Of a DNA stretch of 64,000 nucleotides, positions 18,899-28,100 are shown in pieces. How positions within the stretch are numbered: position 1 is the stretch's first letter; each line of letters begins with the position of its first letter. The stretch is taken from positions 1 through 64,000 of the forward strand of contig CAKQMV010000008.1 of NCBI GenBank assembly GCA_934255135.1, read 5' to 3'. The translations under genes and the position numbers were made by a program. The notes beneath the pieces were generated by a model. The model saw only the letters and a program-made list of their open reading frames with translations, was not told the DNA's origin and ran no database searches. This DNA comes from an uncultured Clostridia bacterium (GTDB lineage Bacteria; Bacillota; Clostridia; Peptostreptococcales; Anaerovoracaceae).

Positions 18899-19726
18899 AT
18901 GAAGAAATTAACTGGTATTGGCCTTAGCCTGATGCTCGTGCTGATGATGTGTCTGGCTTCTTTCACATCGGCATGGGCTGCTGAGAAGCCGAGATTGATA
19001 GATGATGCTGATCTTTTTACAGCGGAAGAGGAGAATTATCTTTCGATTCTGCTAGATAACTTCAGGGAGAAGAACGACTTCGATGTAGTTGTTATGACTA
19101 CTAAGGAGGGCCTTGAGAATCCTGAGCTTACTGAACGTGCAGACGATTACTACGACTACGAGGGCTACGGCTGCGGAGAGAATAATGATGGATGTCTGCT
19201 CCTTATAGATATGGGAAGCAGGGTGATGCACGTTTCAACTACTGGTTATGGAATCACTGTTCTTACCGATTATGGTATCGACAAGATGACAGATGACATA
19301 GCAGCGAAGCTTGGCGAGAAGGACTATGTAGGCGCTGTTTCGGATGCTTTCATGGAAGATCTTGAGATGATGTACAAGGCTGCCAAGGAAGGTGAGCCAT
19401 ACGATGTTCCAGATGCTTCGGTTGATCTCGATATCAAAGATCCTTCGACACATGTAGGAATCTTCCTGCTTGCACTTCCTTTTGGCCTGATTATCGGAGG
19501 AATCAAGACATTCCGTAAGAAGAGACAGCTGATTTCTGTAAAGAAGAAGAAAGCTGCTTCTGACTTTGTGAAGCCTGGAAGCTTAAACTTAAGAAGAGAG
19601 AACGATTATTTCCTCTACTCAACTGTTACTTCAACACCTAAGCCTAAGGACAATGATTCTGGCGGATCTTCAACACACGTAGGATCTTCCGGAACTACTC
19701 ACGGCGGAGGAAGCAAGAGCTTCTAG
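18899..19726 (+). CDS. TPM-domain protein (YdjH-like), secreted/membrane anchored
   Basis: Signal peptide, a TPM-like start (LIDDADLFTAEEENYL...), a TM helix, and a Gly/Ser-rich tail. Confidence 0.65.
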   Translation: MKKLTGIGLSLMLVLMMCLASFTSAWAAEKPRLIDDADLFTAEEENYLSILLDNFREKNDFDVVVMTTKEGLENPELTERADDYYDYEGYGCGENNDGCLLLIDMGSRVMHVSTTGYGITVLTDYGIDKMTDDIAAKLGEKDYVGAVSDAFMEDLEMMYKAAKEGEPYDVPDASVDLDIKDPSTHVGIFLLALPFGLIIGGIKTFRKKRQLISVKKKKAASDFVKPGSLNLRRENDYFLYSTVTSTPKPKDNDSGGSSTHVGSSGTTHGGGSKSF

Positions 19727-19859
19727 GACTTTATAGGAGAGAGGCTCTTAACCAAATCTTCACATTTCCCTCGAATTACTCGGAATTTCGTAAAGATATT
19801 AATTTGGAGAAATCAACGAAGAAATATGTGAATATTTTGTGTAATTTAATCATGATTTG

Positions 19860-19887
19860 TTGATTTAGTGACGAAATATCGTATAAT
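19860..19887 (+). promoter_or_regulatory. Sigma70-like promoter for nhaC
   Basis: TTGATT (19860-19865), a 16-nt spacer, then TATAAT (19882-19887). Confidence 0.5.
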
Positions 19888-19930
19888 CAATCACATAAAC
19901 TTATAAAAATACAAATGAGAGGTGAGGTTT

Positions 19931-21373
19931 ATGAGAAATATATTTACGGAGGAACGCCCAATTAAACAGGCCACGTTAGCACACGCTATACTGTCATTTA
20001 TGGCACTTATTGCAGTAATGTCCGTTGGAATCATCGTATTTGAGGTTGATCCTCACATTCCGATGTTCTTTGGAGTAATCATCGCTGCCATTGTGGCAAT
20101 GTCACTTGGCTATGACTGGAAGTCAATTGAGGATATGATGATTGACGGAATAGGCAAGGCAATGCAGTCAATTCTGATTCTTGCAATCGTAGGTATGATG
20201 ATCGGAGTATGGCTCCTTTCAGGAACTATTCCGACAATGATCTACTTTGGACTCAAGCTTCTTTCCCCTAAGATATTTCTTGTAGCTTCAGTTCTTATCT
20301 GTTCAATCACAGCGCTGGCTACAGGTACATCCTGGGGTACAATGGGAACTATGGGTCTCGCACTGATGGGAATCGGATACGGACTCGGAATGCCAGTTGG
20401 ACCTACAGCAGGAGCTATCCTTGCAGGAGCATACTTCGGAGATAAGCTATCCCCACTCTCCGATACTACTAACCTTGCTCCGGCGATGGCAGGAACTGAT
20501 GTATTCACTCACGTAAAATATATGCTCAAATCAACAATGATTACATATGTTATTACGCTGGTTTTCTTCGGAGTATACGGTTTCATGCACGCAGCTAAGG
20601 GTGCTGCTGATACATCACAGGTAGACATTCTTATGAATGGTATCGCGGATAACTTTAATACTAATCCGCTGCTTCTTCTACCACCAGTTGTAGTAATTCT
20701 CTCAATTGCACTTAAGATTCCTGCAATCCCTGGAATTACACTAGGTATGATTACTGCCGGAATTCTGGCACCTATTTTCCAGGATTCGATTACATTCGGA
20801 CATATTCTTGATGTAGCAAGAAACGGATTCGTATGCGAGACAGATGTGGCAGCTCTTAACGATCTTCTTTCAACAGGAGGACTTATGAACATGGCTTCAT
20901 CGATTCTTATGACTATCATAGCGATGATGTTCGGTGGAATCATGGAAGGAAGCGGACAGCTTGCTGTTATCATCGAGGCTATTACTAAGAGAATCAAGAG
21001 TGCTGCAGGACTTGTTGGAGCAACAGAGGTTACATGTATTCTTTCTAACATAGTAATGCCTGAGCAGTACATCTCAATCCTCGTACCAGGAAGAATGTAC
21101 GCACCAGCATACAGAAAGGCTGGAATTCACCCTAAGTCACTTTCCAATGCACTTGAGTCAGCAGGTACAGTAACATCCTGCCTCGTTCCTTGGAACACAT
21201 GCGGAATGTTCATCGCTACAACTCTTGGCGTAACTACATCGGTATACGCACCATGGGCAGTATTTAACTACCTCATGCCAATCGTATGTTTCGTAATGGC
21301 ATTCTTCGGCATGACAGTAACAAAGATGACACCAGAAGAGCAGGCACTTGCAGACAAGGGAGAGCTTGTATAG
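19931..21373 (+). CDS. nhaC: Na+/H+ antiporter, NhaC family
   Basis: About 480 aa, polytopic and NhaC-like. I prefer the ATG at 19931 over the GTG at 19922. Confidence 0.85.
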   Translation: MRNIFTEERPIKQATLAHAILSFMALIAVMSVGIIVFEVDPHIPMFFGVIIAAIVAMSLGYDWKSIEDMMIDGIGKAMQSILILAIVGMMIGVWLLSGTIPTMIYFGLKLLSPKIFLVASVLICSITALATGTSWGTMGTMGLALMGIGYGLGMPVGPTAGAILAGAYFGDKLSPLSDTTNLAPAMAGTDVFTHVKYMLKSTMITYVITLVFFGVYGFMHAAKGAADTSQVDILMNGIADNFNTNPLLLLPPVVVILSIALKIPAIPGITLGMITAGILAPIFQDSITFGHILDVARNGFVCETDVAALNDLLSTGGLMNMASSILMTIIAMMFGGIMEGSGQLAVIIEAITKRIKSAAGLVGATEVTCILSNIVMPEQYISILVPGRMYAPAYRKAGIHPKSLSNALESAGTVTSCLVPWNTCGMFIATTLGVTTSVYAPWAVFNYLMPIVCFVMAFFGMTVTKMTPEEQALADKGELV

Positions 21374-21421
21374 TATACTAAGACTATCGAAGGAAGTGTC
21401 AGAGATTATAACTTACGGACT

Positions 21422-21452
21422 AAAGCATTTGCTTCGGCAAATGCTTTTTTTC
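21422..21452 (+). terminator. Intrinsic terminator
   Basis: aaagcatttgc-ttcg-gcaaatgcttt followed by a T-run. Confidence 0.8.
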
Positions 21453-21528
21453 GGGTTTTTCGGTTATAATATAATCTGCCGTACATTTCGGAATATAATA
21501 CTTTTGAACATATAAGGAGGATTTAATT

Positions 21529-21825
21529 ATGAACGCAAGTGTTGCAATTCAGGTACTGCCTTCAGTAACTGACGAGAATGAGGTTATCAGAATTGTTGAC
21601 GAGGTAATTGCATATATCAGGTCAACAGGACTGAACTATTATGTAGGACCTTTCGAGACAACTATCGAGGGTGACTACGATGAGCTTATGGATATTGTTA
21701 AGGAGTGTCAGCACGTTGCCGAGAGAGCTGGATGCCCAGCAATGAGCGTGTACGTTAAGATTGCATATAAGCCGGAAGGAGATGTGCTTACAATTGAGAA
21801 GAAGGTTACAAAGCATCACCAGTAA
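21529..21825 (+). CDS. MTH1187/YkoF-family thiamine-binding protein
   Basis: 98 aa. The pattern VAIQVLPS...YYVGPFETTIEG is characteristic of this family. Confidence 0.75.
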   Translation: MNASVAIQVLPSVTDENEVIRIVDEVIAYIRSTGLNYYVGPFETTIEGDYDELMDIVKECQHVAERAGCPAMSVYVKIAYKPEGDVLTIEKKVTKHHQ

Positions 21826-22564
21826 GCTGCCTGCCTTCGTCGCACTGCTGGTGATTCTGCTTATATGGCAGGCAGCCTGCTCTTTTGAGATAGTACCTGC
21901 ATATATGCTTCCATCACCTGCCAAGGTAGTCCACGCGCTCTGGAACTACAGAGAGACTCTGATGCTCCATGCGGGATACACCCTTCAGGAGACCTTCTAC
22001 GGACTTGGAGCCGGAATCCTGCTATCGTTTGTGACGGCCACTTTAATGGACAGATTCGATATACTCGATAAGGCTTTTGCCCCTCTGCTCGTAATCAGCC
22101 AGACAATTCCGACTATCGCGATTGCGCCGATTCTGGTGCTATGGTTCGGTTATGAGATGACGCCTAAGATTATTCTTGTCGTGCTTACGACATATTTTCC
22201 GATTACTGTCGGACTTCTCGGCGGATACAAGAGTGTGGACAGGGATTCTGTTGACCTGATGAGATCGATGGGAGCATCGAGGATAGAGATATTCAGACAC
22301 CTTAAGTTTCCTCAGGCGCTGCCACAGTTTTTCTCGGGGCTTAGGATTGCCGCTTCTTATGCGGTTGTCGGTGCTGTAGTTGCTGAATGGCTCGGCGGAT
22401 TTAACGGCCTTGGTGTATGTATGACGCGAATGAGGAAGGCATACGCTTTCGACACGATGTTCGGAATAATTTTATTTATTGTATTTATAAGCCTGCTTCT
22501 GCTTCTTGGCGTGAAGATTCTTTCGAGAGTATGCATGCCGTGGCTCAGAAGCGATAGCGAATAA
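21782..22564 (+). CDS. ABC transporter permease (ThiX-like, NitT/TauT family)
   Basis: Has the binding-protein-dependent permease core (EAA-like region MRSMGASRIEIFRHLKFPQALP). The start is ambiguous (21761, 21782 or 21794) and every option overlaps the upstream gene. Confidence 0.8.
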   Translation: MCLQLRRRLQSITSKLPAFVALLVILLIWQAACSFEIVPAYMLPSPAKVVHALWNYRETLMLHAGYTLQETFYGLGAGILLSFVTATLMDRFDILDKAFAPLLVISQTIPTIAIAPILVLWFGYEMTPKIILVVLTTYFPITVGLLGGYKSVDRDSVDLMRSMGASRIEIFRHLKFPQALPQFFSGLRIAASYAVVGAVVAEWLGGFNGLGVCMTRMRKAYAFDTMFGIILFIVFISLLLLLGVKILSRVCMPWLRSDSE

Positions 22565-22602
22565 TTCAAACAATTAAAACGATTTAACAGGAGAATGAAA
22601 CT

Positions 22603-23616
22603 ATGAAGAGAACAATGAAGAAGATTCTTGCGCTTACAGTATGCGCATCAATGATTCTGGGAATGACAGCCTGCGGAGATAAGAGCAGCTCTGAGGGAGA
22701 CAAGACTAAGATCACATTCTGTCTCGACTGGACACCTAACACTAACCACACAGGCCTTTATGTTGCACTTGCCAACGGATATTTCGAGGATGAGGGGCTC
22801 GATGTTGAGATCGTTCAGCCTGCCGAGAACACTGCTGCACAGATGTGCGCTGCTGGAGATGCACAGTTCGCAATCGAGGCGCAGGACACAATGGCTGCTT
22901 CACTTGCATCAGATGATCCTCTCGGAATCACAGCTGTAGCAACAATCCTTCAGCATAATACATCAGGAATCATGTCAAGAAAGGGCGATGGAATCACAAG
23001 CCCTGCCGGCCTTACCGGAAAGACATACTCAACATGGGAGTCACCAATCGAGCTTGCAATGCTTGAGAATGTCGTAAATGCAGACGGCGGAGACTTCAGC
23101 AAGGTTAAGCAGATTCCTAACGATATCACAGATGAGCCTGCAGCACTTAAGGCAAAGCAGACAGATGCAATCTGGGTATTCGAGGGATGGTCAAAGATCA
23201 ACGCAGACGTTAACAACGTTCCTGTAGATTACTTCAGCTTCGCAGATATGAACCCAACATTTGATTATTACACACCTGTAATCATCGCAAATAACGACTT
23301 CCTTAAGAAGTCACCAGACGTTGCTAAGGCATTTATGAGAGCTGCCAAGAAGGGCTACGAGTTCGCTGCTGAGAACCCTGACGAGGCTGCAGAGATTCTT
23401 ATCAAGGAAGATAACACAGGTTCACTTAAGGAATCAGAGAAGCTCGTTAAGAAGAGCCAGGAGTTCCTATCAACACAGTACATCGACGATGCAAAGTCAT
23501 GGGGATACATCGATCCTGAAAGATGGAACAACTTCTACAAGTGGCTCTATGACAACAAGCTCTGCTCAAAGGACCTTACAGACAAGGGTTTCTCAAACGA
23601 CTATCTAGAAGACTAG
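22603..23616 (+). CDS. NMT1/THI5-like substrate-binding lipoprotein (ThiY-like, pyrimidine-precursor binding)
   Basis: Lipobox LGMTAC and the motif ITFCLDWTPNTNHTGLYVALANGYF, typical of the NMT1/THI5 family. Confidence 0.8.
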   Translation: MKRTMKKILALTVCASMILGMTACGDKSSSEGDKTKITFCLDWTPNTNHTGLYVALANGYFEDEGLDVEIVQPAENTAAQMCAAGDAQFAIEAQDTMAASLASDDPLGITAVATILQHNTSGIMSRKGDGITSPAGLTGKTYSTWESPIELAMLENVVNADGGDFSKVKQIPNDITDEPAALKAKQTDAIWVFEGWSKINADVNNVPVDYFSFADMNPTFDYYTPVIIANNDFLKKSPDVAKAFMRAAKKGYEFAAENPDEAAEILIKEDNTGSLKESEKLVKKSQEFLSTQYIDDAKSWGYIDPERWNNFYKWLYDNKLCSKDLTDKGFSNDYLED

Positions 23617-23622
23617 GAGATA

Positions 23623-24360
23623 ATGATGTCGCTACTTAAAATTGAGAATGTAACAAAGAAATACGGCGACTTAACCGTTATAGAAGATATCAACATTCAT
23701 CTTGAGAAGGGAGAGCTTGTCTCTCTTCTCGGAGTGAGTGGCGCGGGCAAAACAACTCTTTTCCACGTCATCTCGGGACTTTCCGCTCCGGACGGCGGCA
23801 GGGTTTTGCTCGAGGATGAGGACATAACTGCAAAGCCAGGGCGAATCGCCTACATGCTTCAGAAGGATCTTCTTATGCAGCACAAGAAGGTGATTGATAA
23901 CGTATCACTTCCGCTTGTATTAAAGGGAATGAGCAAGGCTGATGCAAGAGAGAAGGCTGCTTTGTTCTTCGAAGAATTCGGCCTTTCGGGCTACGAGTAC
24001 AGCTATCCATCAGACCTCTCTGGAGGAATGAGGCAGAGAGCTGCACTCCTTAGAACGTATCTCGCATCGGAGGGAACTGCGCTTCTCGACGAGCCTTTCA
24101 GCGCACTAGATACGATCACGAAGTCAAACATTCACAAGTGGTATCTTGATGTAATGCAGCACATCGACCTGTCGACCTTGTTTATCACGCACGATATTGA
24201 TGAGGCGATACTTCTGTCTGACAGAATCTATATTCTAAGCGGCAGACCTGGCAGAATTACAGACGAGATTGTAATCGACGAGCCGAAGCCAAGAGCAGAT
24301 GACTTCAACCTTACAGAGAAGTTTCTTGAATACAAGAAGCTGATTATTTCAAAATTGTAA
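23623..24360 (+). CDS. ABC transporter ATP-binding protein (ThiZ-like)
   Basis: Walker A GVSGAGKTT, signature LSGGMRQR and Walker B LLDEPF. Confidence 0.88.
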   Translation: MMSLLKIENVTKKYGDLTVIEDINIHLEKGELVSLLGVSGAGKTTLFHVISGLSAPDGGRVLLEDEDITAKPGRIAYMLQKDLLMQHKKVIDNVSLPLVLKGMSKADAREKAALFFEEFGLSGYEYSYPSDLSGGMRQRAALLRTYLASEGTALLDEPFSALDTITKSNIHKWYLDVMQHIDLSTLFITHDIDEAILLSDRIYILSGRPGRITDEIVIDEPKPRADDFNLTEKFLEYKKLIISKL

Positions 24361-24364
24361 TAAA

Positions 24365-24389
24365 GAAGCCTGGCAATCTGCCAGGCTTC
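24365..24389. terminator. Bidirectional hairpin terminator between convergent genes
   Basis: gaagcctggca-atc-tgccaggcttc forms an 11-bp stem. Confidence 0.65.
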
Positions 24390-24404
24390 AACTTTATCTA
24401 AATC

Positions 24405-25205
24405 CTAAATCCTCTCATACTTCACAAGCTCTATTCCTGCTTCGCTTAGCTCTCTTGCTATCACTGCGTTGCAGGCTCTCTTGATTATAGGCTTATTCTT
24501 CATATCACCCCATACTCTGATTGCGTGCAGCGTTCCGTCATTTACAAAATCCTTAATTCCCACGTATGAAGATCTGTCCACGCTTGCAACTTTATTCTCA
24601 AGCTTCTCAGGAAGTGCCTTAAACACCTCAGTAACCCTGTCCGCATCGTTATTCTGTGATACAGAAACCGGAATGTCGAAGCAAGGGAAGCCTTCCTCGA
24701 TAGTAGTGATGTCACGGTTACAGATGTAGACAGTTCCCATAAGGTCAAAATCATAGAGCTTCGTTGTTCTAAGTGTGAACGATTCGACAATTCCCGTGTG
24801 TCCGTTGATGGTTACTATCGAGCTTATATCCATTGACTCATCGAAGATGATGTGAAGTCCCATCAGGTAATCCTTAAGCGTATCCTGCAGCGCAAGACCG
24901 ATAACAGCACTGACAAGACCGAGTCCTGCTACGAAGGATTTTACGTTGAAACCAAGGATGGCAAGAATCCACATGGCAAAAATAAAGACAATCAGCACCT
25001 TCGCGCAGCTTCCGAGTACACGGATTATTGTGCCGAATCGGGTGTTTCCGGACTTCATGTGGTGCTTGAATATTCTCTTGGTTATAAGACTTGAGATGCC
25101 CAGTGCTACAAACATCAGGGCTATTACAAGTAGAATTCTGATTAAATGGTCGAGTGAAAACTCAGTAGAAAAGTTCATTAAGCTAATCCTCCCTTTTGTA
25201 AGCAT
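24405..25205 (-). CDS. Mechanosensitive ion channel, MscS family
   Basis: 266 aa. The pore-helix region GLVSAVIGLALQDTLKDYLMGLHIIFDE is typical of MscS. Confidence 0.85.
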   Translation of the reverse strand: MLTKGRISLMNFSTEFSLDHLIRILLVIALMFVALGISSLITKRIFKHHMKSGNTRFGTIIRVLGSCAKVLIVFIFAMWILAILGFNVKSFVAGLGLVSAVIGLALQDTLKDYLMGLHIIFDESMDISSIVTINGHTGIVESFTLRTTKLYDFDLMGTVYICNRDITTIEEGFPCFDIPVSVSQNNDADRVTEVFKALPEKLENKVASVDRSSYVGIKDFVNDGTLHAIRVWGDMKNKPIIKRACNAVIARELSEAGIELVKYERI

Positions 25206-25248
25206 AAGTATAACATAATGATTAATTATAAAAACTGTGGAAATAGTG

Positions 25249-25289
25249 TTGACAAAGTGAAAAACTTGTATTATTGTAATATTGTATTA
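25249..25289 (+). promoter_or_regulatory. Candidate promoter plus repeated operator-like motif
   Basis: TTGACA at 25249-25254 followed by three contiguous TTGTAWTA octamers (25266-25289) that overlap the -10 region. Confidence 0.4.
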
Positions 25290-25342
25290 AGTGCATAGGA
25301 CAACAGCACAGAAGACAATATCAAAACGAAAGGAGATTGCTT

Positions 25343-25726
25343 ATGACCTGGAATTTAGATGACAGCAGACCCATCTGGCCTCAGCTGAAGGAGAAGCTCA
25401 TGAGAGACATTGTAGCCGGCAGATATGCTCCCGGAGATTCTTTTCCAACAGTAAGGGATCTGGCTGAACAGGCAAGAGTAAACAGAAACACTATGCAGAG
25501 AGCACTTTCGGAGCTTGAGAATGAAGGACTTGTAATAACTAACAGAACAGCTGGAAGAACTGTAACTACTGATGAGGAGCTGATTAAGAATACAAGAGTA
25601 ACACTCGCAAGAGAGCAGATTAAGACGATGCTATCTGAGATGCAGCAACTTGGATTCAGTGCTGATGAGGTTGCTGAGCTTATAAGAAACGAAGGCGGGA
25701 AGAAGGTAGATAGAAATGAAGACTAA
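25343..25726 (+). CDS. GntR family transcriptional regulator (YtrA subfamily)
   Basis: Short GntR with a winged HTH (FPTVRDLAEQARVNRNTMQRALSELENEGL). The ATG at 25343 follows the RBS AAAGGAG. Confidence 0.85.
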   Translation: MTWNLDDSRPIWPQLKEKLMRDIVAGRYAPGDSFPTVRDLAEQARVNRNTMQRALSELENEGLVITNRTAGRTVTTDEELIKNTRVTLAREQIKTMLSEMQQLGFSADEVAELIRNEGGKKVDRNED

Positions 25727-26456
25727 TCCAATACTTGAATGCAAGAATTTAAGCAGGTATTACGATGCTAAGGCAGCACTAGATGATGTAAACCTTACAA
25801 TAGGAAGAGGCAAGATTGTAGGACTTCTCGGACCTAACGGTGCGGGTAAGACAACACTTATCAAGCTTGCTAACGGTCTTATCAGACCGAGCAGCGGACA
25901 GATCCTAATTGACGGCGTAGCGCCGGGAATCCACACCAAGGAGATAGTAAGCTATCTTCCGGATAAGGACTACTTTGCGAAATGGATGAAGGCAAGCGAT
26001 GTGCTTAATCTTTTTGAAGAGTTCTACAGTAACTTCAGCAGAAAGAAGGCTGACAGAATGTGCGAGACTCTTGGAATTAAGCAGGACATGCCAATCAAGG
26101 CGATGTCTAAGGGTACAAGAGAGAAGCTTCAGCTGATTCTCGTAATGTCAAGAAATGCTGAGCTATATCTTCTCGATGAGCCTATTGCGGGCGTTGACCC
26201 TGCGGCAAGAGATTTTATCTTAAGCACAATCGTTAACAACTATAACGAGGATGGAACAATTATTATTTCGACACATCTTATCTCTGATGTTGAAAGAGTG
26301 CTCGACGAGGTTGTTTTCATCAAGGATGGAAGAATTGTAAGACACGACACTGTAGATGATATTAAGGAGAAGGAAGGTAAGTCAATCGATGAGGTCTTCA
26401 GAGATGACTTCAGAATGGCAGTTCCTGGTGTAAAGGAGGCAGGCTATGACAGGTAA
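25716..26456 (+). CDS. ABC transporter ATP-binding protein
   Basis: Walker A GPNGAGKTT, a signature-like MSKGTREK and Walker B LLDEP. It overlaps the gntR stop. Confidence 0.88.
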   Translation: MKTNPILECKNLSRYYDAKAALDDVNLTIGRGKIVGLLGPNGAGKTTLIKLANGLIRPSSGQILIDGVAPGIHTKEIVSYLPDKDYFAKWMKASDVLNLFEEFYSNFSRKKADRMCETLGIKQDMPIKAMSKGTREKLQLILVMSRNAELYLLDEPIAGVDPAARDFILSTIVNNYNEDGTIIISTHLISDVERVLDEVVFIKDGRIVRHDTVDDIKEKEGKSIDEVFRDDFRMAVPGVKEAGYDR

Positions 26457-27273
26457 GCTTTGTAAATATGAATTCAAGACAAGTATAAGACAGATAAGCA
26501 TAGCGTGGATGGCGCTTCTGGCATCGTCAGTACTGCTTGCTGTGATTATCGCTTCAAGCCACAGCTTGATATACTCTTCAACAAGGGCTGTTGCAAGCAT
26601 TCTGACAGGAGTTCTGTCAACTCTGTATGGCGTAATTCTGACTGCTATGGTGGTTATGGCTGTGTTAATAGTCGTAGTAAGATTCTATAACAGTGTCTGC
26701 TCCGATGAGGGTTACCTTATTCACACACTGCCTGTAAGCATAAGAAGCATAATCGTGTCTAAGGGTCTTGTAGCAACAGCACTTCTGATTGTAAGTCTGT
26801 TTGTAGCAATGATTTCAATCTGCTTTATCTTGATGGGAATTTCAGTATCTGATTTCTTCGAGTCATGCGGATGCGTTTTCGAGGAAATCGGCAGGGAGCC
26901 TCGAATCCTGCTTCTGATATTTGAGGGAGTGGTTGTTCTTATCCTTGGAATCATGAAGAGCGTATATAACGTATATGCAGCTATTGCACTCGGACAGATG
27001 GCTAACAAGCACAGAATACTGATGTCAATCGTCTCATATATTGGAATCAGTGTGGTTCTTACTGCTATTGTTTCAACAGTACTCAATATTACAAGCAGTG
27101 ATCTTATCCGTGAGCCGCTGTTCGAAACAGGTCGTAACTTTGCAGCTTATTTCGGAGGCTGGGGAATAGGTCAGGCCGTAATCATCGCAGTAATTTTTGT
27201 TGAGCTTGTGCAGCTTATCATATTCCATGCGATAACTGAGGTTGCGCTCACTAAGAGGCTGAATCTTCTTTAA
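26446..27273 (+). CDS. Polytopic membrane protein (putative ABC-2-type permease partner)
   Basis: 275 aa with about 6 TM helices, overlapping the ATPase gene by 11 nt. Confidence 0.6.
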   Translation: MTGKLCKYEFKTSIRQISIAWMALLASSVLLAVIIASSHSLIYSSTRAVASILTGVLSTLYGVILTAMVVMAVLIVVVRFYNSVCSDEGYLIHTLPVSIRSIIVSKGLVATALLIVSLFVAMISICFILMGISVSDFFESCGCVFEEIGREPRILLLIFEGVVVLILGIMKSVYNVYAAIALGQMANKHRILMSIVSYIGISVVLTAIVSTVLNITSSDLIREPLFETGRNFAAYFGGWGIGQAVIIAVIFVELVQLIIFHAITEVALTKRLNLL

Positions 27274-27295
27274 TAAAAGCATTAATTAGAAGCGT

Positions 27296-27335
27296 GGTGC
27301 AGGTGGCAATAAGATTGGCCTGCACCCTTTTCATT
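27296..27335 (+). terminator. Intrinsic terminator
   Basis: ggtgcagg-N15-cctgcacc followed by CTTTT. Confidence 0.6.
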
Positions 27336-27376
27336 TCATTGAATATTCACGCAGAATTTTCAATATATATGGTAGA

Positions 27377-28078
27377 ATGATAAAGATGAATACTAAAGAT
27401 AGAAATTATATATACGTGGTTCTTTCGAGGACACCTTCTAAGTTCGCGTGGGCGATAAGAACGTTCGGGCGGATTAACTACAACCATGCATCCATTGCTT
27501 TTGACAGCGACCTTAAGGAGCTCTGGTCATTTGCCCGTAAGATGAACAATCTTCCGATAGATGCCGGCGTTGTAAGGGAGTTTCCGGAGAGATTCACCTT
27601 AAACAAAGTGAATAATATTCCGATCAGAATCTACAGGGTTCCGGTTAATCCCGGTCAGTACAATCTGATTCGTAAACGTGTAATGGAGCTTCATAACGAT
27701 ATGGGGTACCATTATAATATCTTTTCAGCTCTTTTATATCCTATCGCAGGTGGCTTTAAGACAGACAGAGCATATACATGCAGTGAGTTTGTTTCAGCAC
27801 TTCTCGATGAGTATACCGATGTTGCAATTACACGTCCTTGTGAAGCTATTCTTCCTGAGGAGCTTCACGGAATTCTGGAATCTTTCCTGATGTATGATGG
27901 TAATCTTCTTGACTACAGGGAATTTGAACCTGTGGAATCATCATTCTTTGATTATGTGAGTCCATGGAAGGTTGTTGCAGTTACGGTAACGATTTTTGCA
28001 GTCATGGCATACAGAGGTGCAGGCAGGAGAGCTAGGGAATTGAGCAGCTTAAGAGACAGCTGGAGAGATTTCTGGTAA
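27377..28078 (+). CDS. Hypothetical protein, possibly a permuted papain-fold (YiiX-like) enzyme with a C-terminal TM
   Basis: The His-then-Cys order (YNHASIAF ... YTCSEFVSALL) resembles YiiX-type permuted NlpC/P60 proteins. This rests on weak motif similarity only. Confidence 0.4.
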   Translation: MIKMNTKDRNYIYVVLSRTPSKFAWAIRTFGRINYNHASIAFDSDLKELWSFARKMNNLPIDAGVVREFPERFTLNKVNNIPIRIYRVPVNPGQYNLIRKRVMELHNDMGYHYNIFSALLYPIAGGFKTDRAYTCSEFVSALLDEYTDVAITRPCEAILPEELHGILESFLMYDGNLLDYREFEPVESSFFDYVSPWKVVAVTVTIFAVMAYRGAGRRARELSSLRDSWRDFW

Positions 28079-28100
28079 TAAGAACTTAAGGAGTTTTAAG

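Noticed and set aside
20509-21072. A 187-aa antisense ORF inside nhaC, plus similar long antisense or alternate-frame ORFs (2458-2859, 37908-38502, 58337-58858, 60848-61839, 62540-63118, 9786-10247)
   Set aside because: All lie fully within strongly supported genes. They have shadow-ORF composition (Ser/Pro/Ile-rich or low complexity), and they lack an RBS or any recognisable motif.
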